Assembly: GCA_965287045.1 (NCBI GenBank)
Contig: OZ336893.1
Span: 7,254,001 to 7,318,000 of the forward strand
Direction: 5' to 3'
Origin: Carcharhinus amblyrhynchos
Lineage: Eukaryota
DNA length: 64,000 bases
Part shown: piece by piece, positions 60,352 through 64,000 of the stretch
How the letters are laid out: every line of letters starts with the position of its first letter
How positions within the stretch are numbered: position 1 is the stretch's first letter
Notes under the pieces: model-generated
Told to the model about the DNA's origin: nothing
The model's input: the letters and a program-made list of their open reading frames with translations, nothing else
The model's database searches: none
Made by a program: the position numbers and the translations under genes

Positions 60352-61264
60352 TGCTTTATGTATGTGACCTGAATCCAGAAACACAGGGCTGGACAAGTGC
60401 ACTCTGCCTTCCCAGTGTCCCAGTGCTGAGAGGGAGGAAGTCAGTCCCAAAATCTAATTTCAAAGCAAGAACCAAGGAAAAAATTGCCATGTAGGACTAC
60501 GATCATTGGCAGGAGAGGGAGAGTCCTGCACAGGTCTAAAACTACTCTCGCCATCTATGTATGAATCTGTATTAAATGATTGATAGTATTGGAATATCCT
60601 GTAAGCTTGCTGGGATGTTTTCATGTGATGTTTTTCCAGATCTCCTTAGCCTATCTAAGTCTGGGTGTGTATACGAAGCACATTTGTGCAAACTATTCAC
60701 CCTTACCGTACGGAACTGTCGGGGAGGTTACTTTGCACACTTTAGGCTTAGAATATGACTACAGTACTGGTGTCAGACAATGCTTAACAAGTGTTCATGA
60801 TATCTTTTGAAATTCCTAGACGCTTTAAAAACCACGGCAGTTCCTTTAGTCTTCGCTCAAAGCATTTGTAATATCCCAGCTGGAATTGGAGTTTGTGTAA
60901 CCAGATGATGGTAGTGCTAACTTGCAGCTGCACGCAGCTTAAGTTGGGTGATAATTGAATGCAAACTGTTCTCTGCCATGACCAGACTAAGACCAGTAGG
61001 ACGATACCACAGGATTCTTAATTGCACATGTGTAGACAGCCAAACCTTTGCTCCAGGCTTCTTTATTGAGTTTCATTTTATGGTTGGGAAGATTAACTGC
61101 AACACACCTCATGTTGTATTGTATAAAGCAATTCATTTTCCACGACTTGTAGTAAGGCTACTGTCAATCTGAAAGTCTGCAAAAGCCAGAGAATCAATTT
61201 GCTTAGGTAGCTGAGACCTGTGAAGTTTCGTTTTTTTTGCCATCTACTTGTATGATTTTAACGA

Positions 61265-61376
61265 TGATGTCGAGATACTGGTGATAGACTGAGGTGGGCA
61301 AAGGAAGAAGTCTCGCAGCACTCCAAATGCTTGCTGTACCAAATAAACCTGTTGGACTTTAACCTGGTGTTGTGAT
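61265..61376. mobile_element. Penelope pLTR fragments, inverted
   Basis: GATGTCGAGATACTGG.. followed by CCAAATAAACCTGTTGGACTTTAACCTGGTGTTGTGA. A similar remnant lies at ~31120-31240. Confidence 0.7.
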
Positions 61377-61924
61377 TTTAATAAGATTGTGTTACCAACG
61401 TCCCTGTTTGCAAATCAATTCCAAACGATTGGGATCATTCATTTGCAATATTGACTCGTGCTAATTAAAGTGTTGGGATAGCACATTTTTGAATCTTGGA
61501 TCTGGATCAAGCACTCGCATGTGAAACTAATGTTGCCACATTGTGCCTAAGCTCCAAATGCATCTGTATGCACTTCTCAGTAGTCTGCCAGATTGTTAGA
61601 AATTGGTGCGTCATACATACTGACAATGCCCCAAAATTACTTAAGATTATTTTCTTAAAGGCTGATCATAACTTCTTGTAGCTTTGCTAAATGTGGCATA
61701 GCTTGCTTAGTTCTCTTTGCCTGTTTTGTTTCTGTGGTTGCCTTGTGCTGCAGCATCTGAGCTCATTTCCTGAAAGATTTTATTCTTTCTGTTGGTATTC
61801 AAAAAGAAACTTCTGGCTTTTAGTGCGTGTGGTTCTACTTTTGTATATTTCATCTTCATGTGGAAAGGAAAATCTGTTGGACTATTTACTCCATTCAGAA
61901 AAACAGTAGCCAAGCAATCAATAG

Positions 61925-62120
61925 GCAGGGAGAAAGAGAGGGAGAGAGATTGACTGACGAGTGGCTGGGGGTGGGCAGTGAGGTGGGGAGAAGGAGAAGA
62001 GGGGAGGAGGGAGCGAGAGAGACTGCAGAGCAGGGGAGAGAGCGAGACCGCCTGGTTGAGGTGGTGATGGGAGGTCAGGGGGAGGGGGGGTGTTGGCAGA
62101 GAGAGAGAGAGAGAGAGAGA
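61925..62120 (+). repeat. Purine-rich low-complexity tract ending in a (GA)n microsatellite
   Basis: Direct reading; (GA)~11 at ~62099-62120. Confidence 0.85.
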
Positions 62121-62569
62121 CTACCTGTCAAACAAGGTGTGGCACAGGGATGGGGGATGTCTGGCTGTCGGGTAGAGAGACTGAGAGAGACTTCTGGGGA
62201 GTGAAGTTGCCAACGGCGGGAAACAAGGCCCTCTGCATGAATCAGAATGGGAGGCAGCGTTTGCAGCAAGAATGGGACCTGGGCCGGTGGTAGATAGGGC
62301 AGGAAGCAAATGTCTCATGTGCTGAATGTCTTCCAACCAAATCAGTCACCAAACCACCTGGGATTGGCAAGCATGTGTGTGTGAGCGAGGAAGAGAGAGT
62401 GAGTGTGTTTGGCTCATTATCCAACTGTGTTCTCACTCAGTCTCTTCCCACAACACCACGTATTCACACTCACTCTCTCTGTGGGTGAAGGCATGTGAGT
62501 GAGAACCTGGATTGTTGTTGGAGCTGCACTCATCCAGACAAGTGGAGAGCACTCATCTCCCTCCTGACT

Positions 62570-63000
62570 CATGCCTAAGGAAGGATATAATTGCCTTGGA
62601 AGAGTTGCCACAAATGTTTAATAGTTTATCTGAAATGGGAGGCTTGAATAAATTGGGCCAATGTTCTCAGGAGTTTACATGTGATCTCACTGAAATATAC
62701 AAAATTCTGAAGGGGTTTGACAGGATAGACACTGAAAGTTTATTGTGCACTTGCTGGCGAATCTAGAACATAGAGGTTCAAGCTTAGGCTTTAGAGGGTG
62801 ATTATTTTGGGACTGAGGTGAGGAGATCTTTTTCCATTTGGAGGGCTGTGAGTCATTGAAATTTTCTACCTCAGAGGTTGTGGTTGTTCCATCATTGAAT
62901 ATATTTAAGGCAGAGATAGACACATCTTTGATATCTGGGAAATAAAGTGATATGGGGAGTGGATGGGAAAGTAGAGTTGAGGAAGAAGATCAATCATGAT
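62570..63000 (+). mobile_element. CR1 3' fragment
   Basis: RKDIIALE..DLTEIYKILKGFDR. Confidence 0.8.
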
Positions 63001-63002
63001 TA

Positions 63003-63875
63003 CAGTCATAAAGGTTTACAGCATGGAAACAGGCTTTTCAGCCCAACTTGTCCATGCCACCCAGTTTTTACTACTAAGCTAGTCCCATTTGGCTTATATC
63101 TCTGTATCCCAATCTTACACATGTAACTGTCTAAATCTTTTTAAAAGACAAAATTATACCCACCTGAATCTCTCCCCTCTCATGTTAAACATACGCCCTC
63201 TAGTTTTAGTCTGCCCTACCTTTGGGAAAAGATGTTGACTATCTACCTTATCTATGCCCCTCATTGTTTTGTAAGATCACCCCTAAGCCTCCTACGCTCC
63301 AGGGAAAAAGTCCCAGTCTATCCAGCCTCTCCTTATAACTCAAACCATCAAGTCCTGGTAGCATCCAAGTAAATCTTTTCTGCACTCTTCCTAGTTTAAT
63401 AATGTCCTTTCTATAATAGGGTGACCAGAACTGTGTGCAGTATTCCAAATGTGGCCTTACCAATGTCTTGTGCAACTCAACTCCTGCATTCAGTGTTCTG
63501 ACCATGAAATCAAGCATACCACATGTCTTCTTCATCTCTCTGTCCACCTGTGACTCCACTTTCAAAGAGCTATGAACCTGTACTCCTGCATCTCTTCATT
63601 CTATAATTCTCAACAATGCCCTACCATTAACTGAGTAGGTCCTATTCTGCTTCAATCTAGCAAAACGCATCACCTCACATTTATCTAAATTAAACTCCAT
63701 CTGCCATTCATTGGCCCAGTTGATCAAGATCCTGTTGTAAATCTAGATAACCGTTTTCACTGTCCACTAACTTGGTGTCATCTGCAAAATTACTAACGAT
63801 GCCCTGTAAATTCTTTTCCAAATCACTAATGTAAATAACAAATAACAGTGGACCCAGCACGAGCCCGGAGGCACA
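63003..63875 (-). mobile_element. CR1 3' fragment (family of 33545-34090)
   Basis: LVRPHLEYCTQFWSPYYRKDIIKLGRVQKRFT and GSCWVHCYL (VLGPLLF region). Confidence 0.92.
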
Positions 63876-64000
63876 GATTGGATTGATTCGTGATGCGGAC
63901 TTAAGGAACCATACGCTCTACACTTATTTCTTGTGCTGTTATGAACCAGTTGACTGGTAACAGTAACAAGCGGCAGAGTGGTCAACACAGCTGTCTCAGA

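Overview
This is vertebrate genomic DNA, most likely from a shark. The evidence is HE1-like V-SINEs, HER1-like CR1 LINEs and SacSINE1/Deu-like SINEs; the species is inferred, not shown. The window lies inside one + strand gene, INPP5B (type II inositol polyphosphate 5-phosphatase). Five coding exons splice in frame: 6759-6838, 9334-9431, a 24-nt microexon at 10262-10285, 18173-18283 and 35734-35904. They encode the N-terminal PH domain and linker. The start exon and the catalytic exons were not found and are probably outside the window. The introns are packed with nested mobile elements: CR1, L2, Rex1/Babar and a second CR1-group LINE family, a Penelope element with a degenerate hammerhead ribozyme, an internally deleted Gypsy LTR element, PHIS/Harbinger-like MITEs with 3-bp ANT target duplications, and two V-SINE variants with different tails. 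The main observations are (1) an apparent minor-spliceosome (U12) 3' splice site ending in non-canonical AT, with a CR1 tail running into its branch site; (2) a ~133-bp near-perfect inverted repeat at 56942-57683 that matches no repeat family I recognise; (3) V-SINEs with a Rex1-like 3' tail; and (4) a candidate cassette exon and a candidate internal first exon. Nearly all ORFs in the supplied track are repeat-derived or spurious. Repeat boundaries were read by eye and are approximate.
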